Assembly (NCBI GenBank): GCA_038231435.1
Contig: JBBRLJ010000009.1
Location: 1 to 64,000, forward strand
From: Planctomycetota bacterium
GTDB lineage: Bacteria; Planctomycetota; UBA11346
DNA: 64,000 bases
Reading direction: 5' to 3'
Of this stretch, positions 28,622 through 38,340 are shown piece by piece. Below the pieces are notes generated by a model that had not been told where the DNA came from, searched no databases, and saw nothing but the letters and a program-made list of their open reading frames with translations. Positions within the stretch are counted from its first letter, which is position 1. Each line of letters opens with the position of its first letter. Both the position numbers and the translations under genes were made by a program.

Positions 28622-29602
28622 ATGTCAGCCCGCGCCCTCGTCCTCGTCGTGCTCGTCCTCGCCCTGGCCATCGGCCTGGGACTGTTCTTCGCCAATCGCC
28701 CGGCTCCGGCTGCACCCAAGGCCGATTCCGCCGCCAATACCTCACCTGCTCCGCTCGCCGCGCCGGTGGAAGCGCCGTCCAAGTCGATGACCGACCAGGC
28801 CAAGGACGCCGCCAACGACGCCATCGACTCCGCCAAAGCGAAGGGCCAGGAACTGAAGCTGCAGGCGACCCAGGCCGCGCAGGATCTCTCGGGCAAGGCC
28901 AAGGCCGCTGCCGGCGATGCCAGCAACCAAGTCAAGGACCTCGCGACTGGTGCGACCCAGCAGGTGGGCGAGCTGCCACAAGCCGCGAGCACGGTCGCCA
29001 CTGATGCCGCCGCCAAGCTCGGCGAGAATGCCAGCGAGACGAAGGCCGCCGCTGGCCAGGCCGCCCAGGCCACCGTCGATGCCACGCTCAACACCTCGAA
29101 GGATGCTGGCGCCAAGCTGCAGCAGGGCGGCGACAAACTGAAGCAAGGCAGCGAGCAGCTCAGCGGAGCCGCGGCCAACGCCGTAGACGCTCTGGGAACC
29201 ACCGGCACGCAGCCGGCCGCTCCAGCGACCACCACCCAGCCCGCGAAGCCCGCCGCTCCCGCCGCCGCGGCGGTGAACCAGGCCGCATCCACCGCGACGC
29301 AGGCGGGTCAGACCGTGAAATCGCTCAAGAACCCCTGGGGCGTCAAGCCGGCGGTGGCTCCGGCCGCGCCCGTCGTGACGCCTGCGGTGCCCGCCGCCCC
29401 GGCAGCGAGCGCCACGACCCCAGCCCCGTCAACGCCCGTCCCCGCAACGCCCGCCGCCGCGGTCACTCCCACGCCGACTGCGGTTCCGGCGACCGATCCC
29501 ACCACGGCCCCGGCAGCGAGCGATGCGGCAACCCAACCGTCGGCTCCAGCTCCCACGCCGGCGGATGCATCCGCCCAGCCCGCGGCGCAACCGGCGCCCT
29601 GA
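28622..29602 (+). CDS. Membrane-anchored Ala/Pro/Thr-rich hypothetical protein
   Basis: GGAGG RBS, N-terminal TM segment, LEA-like helical repeats, PAT-rich tail. Confidence 0.6.
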   Translation: MSARALVLVVLVLALAIGLGLFFANRPAPAAPKADSAANTSPAPLAAPVEAPSKSMTDQAKDAANDAIDSAKAKGQELKLQATQAAQDLSGKAKAAAGDASNQVKDLATGATQQVGELPQAASTVATDAAAKLGENASETKAAAGQAAQATVDATLNTSKDAGAKLQQGGDKLKQGSEQLSGAAANAVDALGTTGTQPAAPATTTQPAKPAAPAAAAVNQAASTATQAGQTVKSLKNPWGVKPAVAPAAPVVTPAVPAAPAASATTPAPSTPVPATPAAAVTPTPTAVPATDPTTAPAASDAATQPSAPAPTPADASAQPAAQPAP

Positions 29603-29606
29603 CCGG

Positions 29607-31046
29607 TCAACCTGGGCGCATGACCTTGCCGCTCGCGGTGGTGGGCAGGCTGTCCACCACCGTGATGCGAGCAGGCCGCTTCAGCGGCGCCAATCTCGCG
29701 GCGCACCAGTCCTCGAGTTCGCTGATCAGTCGGCTGCCGGACTCTCCTGGGCACACCTGGACCTCGGCATGGACGAGTTCGCCGAGACGCTCGTCGGGCG
29801 CCGCACGCACCCGGCTGGCGACCACCCGCGGATGCGCGTCGAGCACGCTCTCGACCTCGAGCGGAAACACCTTCACGCCGCCGACGTTGATCACGTCCTT
29901 GCAGCGGCCGAGCAGGCGCACCCGGCCATCCACATCGCGCGCCGCGAGATCGCCGGTGCGGAAGTATCCGCCATCGAGCACGGCCGCGCGCGGGCGCCAC
30001 GGTTCGAGGTAGGCATCGAACAGCCCTGGGCCCGCGATCGCGAGCTCTCCGGTCTCGCCGGCGGGCGTCTCGACCGGTGATGATCCGCCGGCCGCGCTGA
30101 GGATCGCCACGCGGTAAGCCGGTAGCGGACAGCCGAGTTCACCCGGCCGCTCGCCCACGCTGCCATCGCTGAGGAATGGGAGACCGACCTCGATGATGCC
30201 CAAGCCCTGGCGCACGCCGAGTCCGTGGCGGACGCGGAAGGCCTCGGCGGCGCCCGCGTCCAAGGCGGTGGTCGTCGACACCACGCGCGCGAGTGTCGGC
30301 GGGAGATCGTCGCCCGGCTTCAGTTCTGCGAAGCGCCGCACATGGTAGGGGCTGACGTACGCGAATGTCACCTCCTCGGCGCGAGCGATGGCCGCTGACG
30401 TGCTGGCGCGCAGGCTGTTGCCGAAGACCACCGCGGCTCCCTGCTGCAGGTAGAGCAGGATCGACACGGCGAAATGATAGGCCATGGGCAGCATCCACAG
30501 CACGCGATCGTCAGGACCCAGGCGCAGGCCCTGGTTCGCCGCGGCGACGCGCTCCAGGATCGTCGCGTGGCTCAGCAGCACGCCCTTGGCCGATCCGGTG
30601 GTGCCGCTGGAAAGCCGGACGAACGCGCTGGCGCCAGGTCCGAGCGGATCCGGGCCCGACGACTCGCCCGTCGCGCGCAACCGCACGCCGAGATCGGGCT
30701 GAGTGCTCTTCGGCTTCCGGCTGTCGAGCGAGATCGCCCACGGCGTCCGCAGCACCGCGATCAGCCGCGCTATCTCGGGCTCGGCGAGGGTGTGGTCGAC
30801 CGGGGCGTGGACGCCCCCGGCGTGCAGTACCGCGAGCGCGACGACCAGCGCGGGCACGCCATCGGGCGCACACAGCGCCACACGATCACCGGGACGCAAG
30901 CCCTGGATAGACAGTTCCGCGGCCGTGGACGAGACCTCCGCAGCTAGTTCGCTCCAGGTGCGGCGGGTCGATGCGTCAGCGGCCGCGAGCACGCCCGGCC
31001 GATCCGCAGCATGGCGGAACAGGGCATCGGTGACCAGGGCGCTCAT
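29607..31046 (-). CDS. AMP-dependent acyl-CoA/acyl-ACP ligase (adenylate-forming enzyme)
   Basis: SSGTTGSAKGV, FRTGDL, GRCKDVINVGG, LPTTASGKV. Confidence 0.88.
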   Translation of the reverse strand: MSALVTDALFRHAADRPGVLAAADASTRRTWSELAAEVSSTAAELSIQGLRPGDRVALCAPDGVPALVVALAVLHAGGVHAPVDHTLAEPEIARLIAVLRTPWAISLDSRKPKSTQPDLGVRLRATGESSGPDPLGPGASAFVRLSSGTTGSAKGVLLSHATILERVAAANQGLRLGPDDRVLWMLPMAYHFAVSILLYLQQGAAVVFGNSLRASTSAAIARAEEVTFAYVSPYHVRRFAELKPGDDLPPTLARVVSTTTALDAGAAEAFRVRHGLGVRQGLGIIEVGLPFLSDGSVGERPGELGCPLPAYRVAILSAAGGSSPVETPAGETGELAIAGPGLFDAYLEPWRPRAAVLDGGYFRTGDLAARDVDGRVRLLGRCKDVINVGGVKVFPLEVESVLDAHPRVVASRVRAAPDERLGELVHAEVQVCPGESGSRLISELEDWCAARLAPLKRPARITVVDSLPTTASGKVMRPG

Positions 31047-31142
31047 GATGCGCAGCACATCGGATCGCCAGCCCACGGCAAGCCTGGCACCGCGCTTTGG
31101 ACCGGCGACCAGATGCTTGCGACCAGTTGATCGTCAAGACGG

Positions 31143-32222
31143 CTACGTCGCCGCCAACCGGCCCACCGCGGCTCCCACAGCTAGGCAGGTACCGGTGACG
31201 CGCAGTGCCGCCGCCGCCTCGAGCTCGACTGGCATCGCCTTACCGACGAACCAGCAGTTGTCCGGAGCACCGGCGATGCGCGTCGCGCGCTCGGGCACCC
31301 CATGGCGATCACCAGGTGGCCAGGTCCACGCGACGCCGTCGGGCCGATGCTCTTCGCGTGGCCACGCGGCCCAGCACAGGCCGCGCTCATCACAGGCGAA
31401 CAACTGCTCGAGCGACATGGCTCCGAGTGGACGACCCTCGTCGCGATCGGCGACGGCGAGGGCCATGCCCTCGACCACCGCGCCGAGCGCCGTGGCGATG
31501 CGCTCGACCGTTTCGGCCGCCGCCCGGACTGGCGTGCCGCGCTGGCAGTCGAGCGACAGCTGCCAGGCGCGCGGTCCAGGCAGCGGCGTCAACGCCAGCG
31601 CCGCCGAGCCGCCCGAGGCGACCTGCGCGATCGACAGCGCGCGCACGCGCGCGGCCGCGCCGGCGCCGATATCCGCGGAGATCGTCGCGCGGAACGACGA
31701 CCATTGGCTCGGCGGGGCGAGCGGCAGGCCGAGCAGGCGAGCCAGGGCTCCGGATCCGCTCGCGTCGACCACTGAGTGCACCTCCAGGTCCGCGCCTGCA
31801 CGCACGGATACGATGCGGCCGGCGTGCGTCTCGACACCGCCAACGGCCTGACCACGCACCACCTCGACGCCAGCGCCGGAGAGACGCGCGGCCAGACCAT
31901 CCTGCAGCGCGCGCGCATGCGTCGTCCACAACCACACCCGGCCCTGGTGGAACGGCTCACCGATCGCGATGGCCGGGATCCACGCGCCAGTGAGTCCTGG
32001 CTCGAGCAGCACGGGCTCCGGCGCATCGATGGGCGCCAGCCCGCACAGCGTGCGGTGTTCGCCACGCGCCGCGACACCGCCGAGATGATGCGAAGCCTCG
32101 ATGAGCACTACCCTGGCACCGGCCTCGGCGGCGGCGACCGCGGCCGCACAGCCAGCGACGCCACCACCGATAACCGCCACCGTCCTTCCCGAGGAGCCGA
32201 TGGACGAGGTCACGCCGGACAT
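31143..32222 (-). CDS. FAD-dependent oxidoreductase
   Basis: VIGGGVAGCAAAVAAAEAG, LIE...LGG, VVDASG, AALRVTGTCLAVGAAVG. Confidence 0.8.
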   Translation of the reverse strand: MSGVTSSIGSSGRTVAVIGGGVAGCAAAVAAAEAGARVVLIEASHHLGGVAARGEHRTLCGLAPIDAPEPVLLEPGLTGAWIPAIAIGEPFHQGRVWLWTTHARALQDGLAARLSGAGVEVVRGQAVGGVETHAGRIVSVRAGADLEVHSVVDASGSGALARLLGLPLAPPSQWSSFRATISADIGAGAAARVRALSIAQVASGGSAALALTPLPGPRAWQLSLDCQRGTPVRAAAETVERIATALGAVVEGMALAVADRDEGRPLGAMSLEQLFACDERGLCWAAWPREEHRPDGVAWTWPPGDRHGVPERATRIAGAPDNCWFVGKAMPVELEAAAALRVTGTCLAVGAAVGRLAAT

Positions 32223-33487
32223 CCGACGAACGCGCGCTCGAGCAGGTGGTGGCGCAGACGGCCCGCCAAGGCTTCTGGCGGAATCACCCGCGCCACGTCC
32301 CCGGCAGCGATCAGATCCGCACCGAGCCCCCGGCGATCGCGATGGAACAGCGCCGCGAGCCCGGGCATGCCGGGAACCGCGGCGACGTGATCCACGCCGA
32401 GGACCTCGCCGCCAAAGAGCGCATCCGGAAGCGCTGTGGGACCGGTGTTGGCGACCAGGCAGCTAGCGGCAACCCCTGCCTTGAAATAACCGAGCTGGGC
32501 GCGCGAGAGGCGCACGCCGATGTAGGGAAAGAATCCCAGCGACGCGGACATCTTGGTGGTCATGTCGGCGGCGACCCACGTGCGATACGCCTCCTTGAGG
32601 AAACGCGACGCTTCGCCGAGATCGCGGCTGGCGAGGCCCGCGGGAACGCGCAGGAAGATGAACGAGTGGCAGTTGGCGACCAGCGGCGCGCGCAGGCGAG
32701 GCCGGCAGTCGACGGCGAGCGGGAAGAGCACGTCGCCGCGGATGCCGCCCAGGTCCTCGAGGGCGGCAGCGAGACACGCGAGCAGGAACGGCGTCTCGCT
32801 CATCCGACCGCTGGCCGCGAGCTGGCGCGCGGTCACGCGCGCGGTCTCCTCGTGGCCCAGAGCGAGCACGGCGTGGGCGAGCGGGGACGCGGGATTCGCC
32901 GCCGCGACCGGCGGGCGCCAGAGTCGCGCCATGCGGTGCGGCCGCAGGTGCTCGACCGCCCCGCGCGCGAGCAACCCGCGCGCGGCGGCAGTGGCGGGCA
33001 TCCCTGGCGTATCGCGATGCCCTGCGGCCCACCAGGGATCGCGCAGGCGGCCTCCACCCGCCAGCGCCGGCAGCGCGGCCACCAGCCCCATCGCGCCGCG
33101 CGCATCGCTCAGGCGGTGGTCCCAGGTCAGGACGATGCCCGGATCGCTTCCCGCCACGCAGCCGAGCCGGGCGCGCGGGCCGCGCTCGGGAAGGCCTTCG
33201 CGCAGCTGGTCTACCGCCAGCCGCTCGAGCGAGGCTCCCTGCTCGAGTCCGAGACGCGCCGGACCGCGCACGATCCACTGTGGCCCGCGCAGCGAGGCGC
33301 GCAGATGCGCGCCGAGGGTCCACGCCTCTTCGCCGGCGCGCCGCCAGCCTGTTGCCAATGCGACTGCATCGGCGGCGGAGCCCAAGCGGATGCGGATCTG
33401 CCCGAGATTGCCAGAGCCCCCGTGATCGACGATCACGCGGTGCAGGACCTGGTGGAAGTAATCGGTGCCTGAGAGGCGCAACCGCAT
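32210..33487 (-). CDS. Stand-alone condensation/CoA-dependent acyltransferase-fold protein
   Basis: WDHRLSDARG (HxxxDG-type), and FPLAVDCR...ANC second-lobe motif. Confidence 0.6.
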   Translation of the reverse strand: MRLRLSGTDYFHQVLHRVIVDHGGSGNLGQIRIRLGSAADAVALATGWRRAGEEAWTLGAHLRASLRGPQWIVRGPARLGLEQGASLERLAVDQLREGLPERGPRARLGCVAGSDPGIVLTWDHRLSDARGAMGLVAALPALAGGGRLRDPWWAAGHRDTPGMPATAAARGLLARGAVEHLRPHRMARLWRPPVAAANPASPLAHAVLALGHEETARVTARQLAASGRMSETPFLLACLAAALEDLGGIRGDVLFPLAVDCRPRLRAPLVANCHSFIFLRVPAGLASRDLGEASRFLKEAYRTWVAADMTTKMSASLGFFPYIGVRLSRAQLGYFKAGVAASCLVANTGPTALPDALFGGEVLGVDHVAAVPGMPGLAALFHRDRRGLGADLIAAGDVARVIPPEALAGRLRHHLLERAFVGCPA

Positions 33488-33488
33488 G

Positions 33489-33749
33489 CTAGGCGCCGGA
33501 CCGGTCTTTCGTCGCCGCCAGTACGCCGGCCACCAGCGTCTCCGGATTCTCGAGCGCGGCGTCGTCGAGCTCGAGGCTGGACGACAGGCCGAGCGCGCGC
33601 TCGATGTCGAGTAGCACGCGCATCAGCCCATGGCTGTCGAGGCCGAGGCGGTCGAGGCCTTCGCGTTGATGGAGGACCAGCTGGTCCTCGGGCATCTGCA
33701 GCTGGCGCGCGAGCGCGGCGAACACGGCCACTGTGACGGCATCGGTCAT
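33489..33749 (-). CDS. Acyl carrier protein
   Basis: 86 aa, LGLDSHGLMRVLLDIERALG phosphopantetheine Ser motif. Confidence 0.85.
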   Translation of the reverse strand: MTDAVTVAVFAALARQLQMPEDQLVLHQREGLDRLGLDSHGLMRVLLDIERALGLSSSLELDDAALENPETLVAGVLAATKDRSGA

Positions 33750-33841
33750 GCGCCCGGAGGATGCTGCCGATCGCGCATGAGGGAAGGCGAGTTTGCTGGA
33801 TAGCGGTTGTCCAGCCGACCATGCCTTCAAGATCGCGCGCC

Positions 33842-34579
33842 ATGCGCAAGTCTGGGATCGTGCCGCTGTCCCTGCTATTGGCGGCGTCGCTCGCTGCCGT
33901 GAGCTGCGGCGTCCGCGTGCCGCAGGTGCCTCCGGCTGCTCGCGGTCAGGTTCCGCATGCCGCACCGACTGGCCCGTGGTTCGCCCAGGGACGGATGGAG
34001 CTGGTGCTGCCGGGCAAGCGCGTGAGCTGCACCGCGCTGGTGCGCGGGCTCGGCGACGGGCGCGCCCGCCTGGCACTGATGAGCGACGAGGGCCTGCAGC
34101 TCGCCGACCTCACCAGCACCGCCGACGGCTACGAGGTCAATCAGGCGCTCGACGATCTCAAGAAGGCGCTGCCAGCACTCGGGCGCATGCTCCGCCAGGC
34201 GTACGCGCTTCCCGCCGAGCAGGGCCACCGCCAATGGTGCAATGGACGCCTGGCCGGGCTCTCGGGCAAGGATACGCGCTGGTTCGGGGGAGATCCGGTG
34301 CTGCTGCGTTCGGTGCAGGGCGACGGGCTGGACATCGCCATCGAGGATTATCGGCCGCTGAGCGCCTCGACGCCGGGAAGCGGCGAGCTGCTCGCGCGCG
34401 AAGTGCGGGCCAATGGGCCGTTCGGAATCACCATCCGCATCCATCTGGGCCAGGCGAAGGTGATGGAATCCAAGCGCGCGCCGGACGCGAAGGCCTCGCC
34501 GCCGAGCGCCCAACCGTCATCGCCGGCGCCGGCGGCTCCGGCTACCGCAACCGTCCCTGGCACTGCTGCCGACTTCTGA
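33842..34579 (+). CDS. Predicted lipoprotein (DUF3261-like)
   Basis: Lipobox AVSC after a hydrophobic signal; RLALMSDEGLQL resembles lipoproteins of APE-type clusters. Confidence 0.55.
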   Translation: MRKSGIVPLSLLLAASLAAVSCGVRVPQVPPAARGQVPHAAPTGPWFAQGRMELVLPGKRVSCTALVRGLGDGRARLALMSDEGLQLADLTSTADGYEVNQALDDLKKALPALGRMLRQAYALPAEQGHRQWCNGRLAGLSGKDTRWFGGDPVLLRSVQGDGLDIAIEDYRPLSASTPGSGELLAREVRANGPFGITIRIHLGQAKVMESKRAPDAKASPPSAQPSSPAPAAPATATVPGTAADF

Positions 34580-34645
34580 TTCCGCGCCGAGTACCATTGC
34601 GGAATCCCACGCGAGCATGCATACTGAGGCGGTAGGAGTCCCAGC

Positions 34646-35257
34646 ATGACCTCGACGATGATCCTCATCTGCGTCCTGTGCGCGATCGGCCTGGTCGGCC
34701 TGATTGCGGCGCTGTGGGCCGTCGGCGCCTACAACGCCCTGGTCGCGCTGCGCAACCGCTTCAAGAACTCGTTCGCGCAGATCGATGTCCAGCTGAAGCG
34801 GCGCTACGACCTCATCCCCAATCTCGTCGAGGTCGCCAAGGGCTACATCAAGCACGAGCGCGAGACCCTCGAGGCGGTGATGGCGGCGCGCAGCGGCGCG
34901 ATGACCGCGCACGGACGCGCGGTCGCGGATCCCACTGATGCCGGAGCGATGAAGCAGCTGATGGCGGCGGAAGGCACGCTCGGAGGCACCCTCGGGCGCC
35001 TGATGATGGTGGCCGAGGCTTATCCGGACCTCAAAGCCAACCAGACCATGGCGCAGCTGAGCGAGGAGCTGACCAGCACCGAGAACAAGGTGTCGTTCGC
35101 GCGCCAGGCCTACAACGACGCGGTGATGGCGTACAACACCCAGCGCGAGATCTTCCCCAGCGTCTTCATCGCCGGCATGTTCAACTTCCAGGCCGCGCAG
35201 CTCTACGAGATCGAGGACGTCGCGGCGCGCCAGGCCCCCAAGGTCGCCTTCACCTAA
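34646..35257 (+). CDS. lemA: LemA family protein
   Basis: IDVQLKRRYDLIPNLV, EAYPDLKAN, ENKVSFARQAYND. Confidence 0.93.
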   Translation: MTSTMILICVLCAIGLVGLIAALWAVGAYNALVALRNRFKNSFAQIDVQLKRRYDLIPNLVEVAKGYIKHERETLEAVMAARSGAMTAHGRAVADPTDAGAMKQLMAAEGTLGGTLGRLMMVAEAYPDLKANQTMAQLSEELTSTENKVSFARQAYNDAVMAYNTQREIFPSVFIAGMFNFQAAQLYEIEDVAARQAPKVAFT

Positions 35258-35275
35258 GGCTCCGATCGCAGCCGG

Positions 35276-37144
35276 ATGATGGATTTCTTCGCGAGCCAAG
35301 ACCGGGCGCGCCGCAATTCGCGTCGCCTGGTGGCGCTATTCGCGCTCTCGGTGGCGGCGATCGTGGTCACCCTCAACGCGGTCGCCTTCGGCGTCATGAG
35401 CCAGGATCCGACCTGGCTCGCGCATCGCCTTGATGTGCACCTGTGGGTGACCTTCGGCACGCTCGGTATGATCGCCGCCGGCAGCGCCTGGAAGACGGCG
35501 CAGCTGTCCAAGGGCGGATCCGCGGTGGCGGCGATGATGGGCGGCCGCGCGCTCGCTGGCGCGAGCTCGATCCCCGCCGAACGCACCCTGCTGAACGTGG
35601 TCGAGGAGATGGCGATCGCCTCGGGCACGCCGGTACCGCAGGTATACGTGCTCGACGAGCCGGGGATCAACGCCTTCGCCGCCGGCCACGGTCCGAGCGA
35701 CGCGGTGATCGCGGTGACGCGGGGCTGCATGGAGGATCTTTCGCGCGACGAGCTGCAAGGCGTCATCGGCCACGAGTTCAGCCACCTGCTCAATGGCGAC
35801 ATGCGCCAGAATCTGAAGCTGATCGGCCTGCTCAACGGCATCCTGCTGCTCGCACTGTCGGGCCGTCTGCTGCTGCGCCTGCTCGGCTCGGGAACCGGCA
35901 CCAGCTCGCGGCGCGAACGCGGCGGCGGCAACGCCTATCTGGCCCTCGCTGCCTTGGCGCTGCTGGCGATCGGCTACATCGGCTATTTCTTCGGCACGCT
36001 GATCAAGGCGGCGCTGAGCAGGCAGCGCGAGTACCTCGCTGATGCGTCCTCGGTGCAGTTCACCCGCAATCCGGATGGGCTCGCGGGCGCGTTGAAGAAG
36101 ATCGGCGGTGCCTCAGGCGGATCGCGCCTGACGAACGAACGCACCGAGGAGGTCAGCCACATGTTCTTCGCTGACGCCTTGTCGTCGCGCTTTCTCGGTT
36201 TCCTGGGCACGCATCCGCCATTACCGGCGCGCATCCGTGCCATCGAACCGACCTGGAACGGCATCTGGACCAGCGCCGCTCCCCCTTCCCGGACGGCCGC
36301 CGTGGTGGAACCAGCCACCCTGCCGCCGACTCCACGCATTCGTTCCGAACAGGTCGTGGGACGAGTAGGCAGGATCTCGCCGGACCACGTGGGTTTCGGA
36401 GCGCGCCTCCTGGCCGCGCTGCCCGCCGCGTTGACCGATGCGGCGCGCCAGCCGTATTCGGCCCGCGCGGCCGTGATCGCGCTGCTGCTCGACCAAGACG
36501 ACGCCAAGGCTGCGCCCCAGTTCGAGGTGATCGAGCGCTCAGAACCGGGCCTGGCGAGCGAGGTCAGGCGCCTGCGCCTGATCGAGAAGCCGCTCGGCGA
36601 CGGCGCGCGTCTACCGATCGTGCAGCTCGCCCTGCCGTCACTGCGGCAGATGAGCGACGCTCAGCGCGGATCCTTCCTGGCGCTGATCCGGTCGGTGGTC
36701 GACACCGACGGGACCGTGACCCGGGCCGAATTCGTGCTCGCCCACCTGGTGAAGATCCATCTCGACGATCGCCCGAGCGCGGCGCCGGCGGTCGCATCCA
36801 TCAGGCCGCTGCTCCCCGATATCGCGCTCCTGCTGACCGAGTTGGCGCGCTGCGGCAGCTCCGATCCGGCGCGGGCCTCCACCGCGTTCGCGGCCGCCAG
36901 TGCCAGGCTGGTGGATCAGGGACTGCAGCTGCGCATGCAGCCGAACGACGCTCGGCCCGAGGACATCGCGCGGGCACTCGACCGCATCGCCGCCGCCGAG
37001 AACGGGGTCAAACGGCGGGTGCTCGATGCCTGCGCGTGGTGCGTCGCCAACGATGGCGAGGTCACTCCGAGCGAGGCCGAGACCCTGCGCCTAGTGGCGG
37101 ATTGCCTGCGCTGCCCGCTGCCGCCATTCCTCGACCAACCCTGA
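35276..37144 (+). CDS. M48 (HtpX-like) Zn metalloprotease with C-terminal extension
   Basis: INAFAAG, GHEFSH, SRQREYLADA, THPP; downstream of lemA. Confidence 0.88.
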   Translation: MMDFFASQDRARRNSRRLVALFALSVAAIVVTLNAVAFGVMSQDPTWLAHRLDVHLWVTFGTLGMIAAGSAWKTAQLSKGGSAVAAMMGGRALAGASSIPAERTLLNVVEEMAIASGTPVPQVYVLDEPGINAFAAGHGPSDAVIAVTRGCMEDLSRDELQGVIGHEFSHLLNGDMRQNLKLIGLLNGILLLALSGRLLLRLLGSGTGTSSRRERGGGNAYLALAALALLAIGYIGYFFGTLIKAALSRQREYLADASSVQFTRNPDGLAGALKKIGGASGGSRLTNERTEEVSHMFFADALSSRFLGFLGTHPPLPARIRAIEPTWNGIWTSAAPPSRTAAVVEPATLPPTPRIRSEQVVGRVGRISPDHVGFGARLLAALPAALTDAARQPYSARAAVIALLLDQDDAKAAPQFEVIERSEPGLASEVRRLRLIEKPLGDGARLPIVQLALPSLRQMSDAQRGSFLALIRSVVDTDGTVTRAEFVLAHLVKIHLDDRPSAAPAVASIRPLLPDIALLLTELARCGSSDPARASTAFAAASARLVDQGLQLRMQPNDARPEDIARALDRIAAAENGVKRRVLDACAWCVANDGEVTPSEAETLRLVADCLRCPLPPFLDQP

Positions 37145-37218
37145 TCGAACAGAGCGTCTGGATGTGGGCTGCGGCGCGAGGAATGTGTGGCGCGGCGAGC
37201 GGCGTGAAGAACTGCGGA

Positions 37219-38340
37219 TCACGAAACGTGGACGAGGACCAACAGGTTATCGCGGTGCACGGCGGCCTTGGGCAGGGCGTAGCCCAGCGCGGTAGCGGCT
37301 GCATCCAGGCGCTTGCCGCGCACGTGCTCGATCTCGTCTGAGGTCATGCTCGCCAATCCGCGCGCGATCTCCTCGCCCTCGGGCCCGATGATGCCGACGG
37401 TGTCGCCGCGCTCGAAGCGGCCGACCACCGAGGTGATGCCCGCGGGCAGCAGGCTACGGTTCTTGGCGATCAGCGCCTGCGCCGCGCCGGCATCGACGTG
37501 GAGCTGGCCCTTGACGCGACGAGCGACCGCCAGCCAGCGGCGGCGCCCATCCGGTTGCGAGGCGTGGCCGGCTCGGGCGGGAATGCGCGTCCCCACCTCC
37601 TCGCCGGCGATCAGGCGTTCGATGACATTCGGATCCCGCGCTGCGGCGATGTGGGTGATGACGCCTGCTCCGCTCGCCAGGCGCGCCGCCTCGAGCTTCG
37701 AGCGCATGCCGCCGCGGCCGCGCGCGCTCGCGCCGCCGGCCGTCGCCAGCACCTTCGCCGAGACCGTGGGGATCTCGGCCAACCGGCGAGCGCCAGGGTT
37801 CTCGCGCGGATCGGCGTCGTAGACGCCGTCGATGTCGGTCAGGAGCAGGAGATGGCTGGCACCCAGCTGGCTGGCAACCAGCGCCGACAGACGATCGTTG
37901 TCGCCGACGGTGAGCTCCTCGACCGCGACCGTGTCGTTCTCGTTGATCACCGGCACCGCGCCATATGCGAACAGCGCCTGGAAGGTTGCGGTGAGGTTGA
38001 GGTAGCGTTCACGCTCTGTGAAATCGTCGTAGGTGAGCAGCACCTGGGCAGCGATCAGGCCATGTGCGGCGAAGGCCACCTCCCAGCGATGGGCCAGGGT
38101 CGCCTGCCCGATGGCGGCCAGCGCCTGCCGCTCAGGCAGGCCGGGTGGACGCGTGGCCAGCCCAAGGATGCCGAGCCCGCTCGCCACCGCGCCGCTGGTG
38201 ACCAGCACCGGGTGCTTACCGGCGGCGGCCACGCGGGCGAATTGCGCGGCGATGCCGCCCAGGAACGCCGCATCGAGCCGTCCCTGGCGGTCGACCAGGG
38301 CGTTCGAGCCGATCTTGATGACGATGGGATGATCAGACAT
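37219..38340 (-). CDS. proB: Glutamate 5-kinase with PUA domain
   Basis: VIKIGS, INENDTV, GDNDRLSA, GGMRSK, SLLPAGI. Confidence 0.93.
   Translation of the reverse strand: MSDHPIVIKIGSNALVDRQGRLDAAFLGGIAAQFARVAAAGKHPVLVTSGAVASGLGILGLATRPPGLPERQALAAIGQATLAHRWEVAFAAHGLIAAQVLLTYDDFTERERYLNLTATFQALFAYGAVPVINENDTVAVEELTVGDNDRLSALVASQLGASHLLLLTDIDGVYDADPRENPGARRLAEIPTVSAKVLATAGGASARGRGGMRSKLEAARLASGAGVITHIAAARDPNVIERLIAGEEVGTRIPARAGHASQPDGRRRWLAVARRVKGQLHVDAGAAQALIAKNRSLLPAGITSVVGRFERGDTVGIIGPEGEEIARGLASMTSDEIEHVRGKRLDAAATALGYALPKAAVHRDNLLVLVHVS

Noticed and set aside
21338..34579. Interpretation as an anammox ladderane biosynthesis cluster
   Set aside because: No radical-SAM, methyltransferase or desaturase-like genes, and nothing else suggests an anammox organism.
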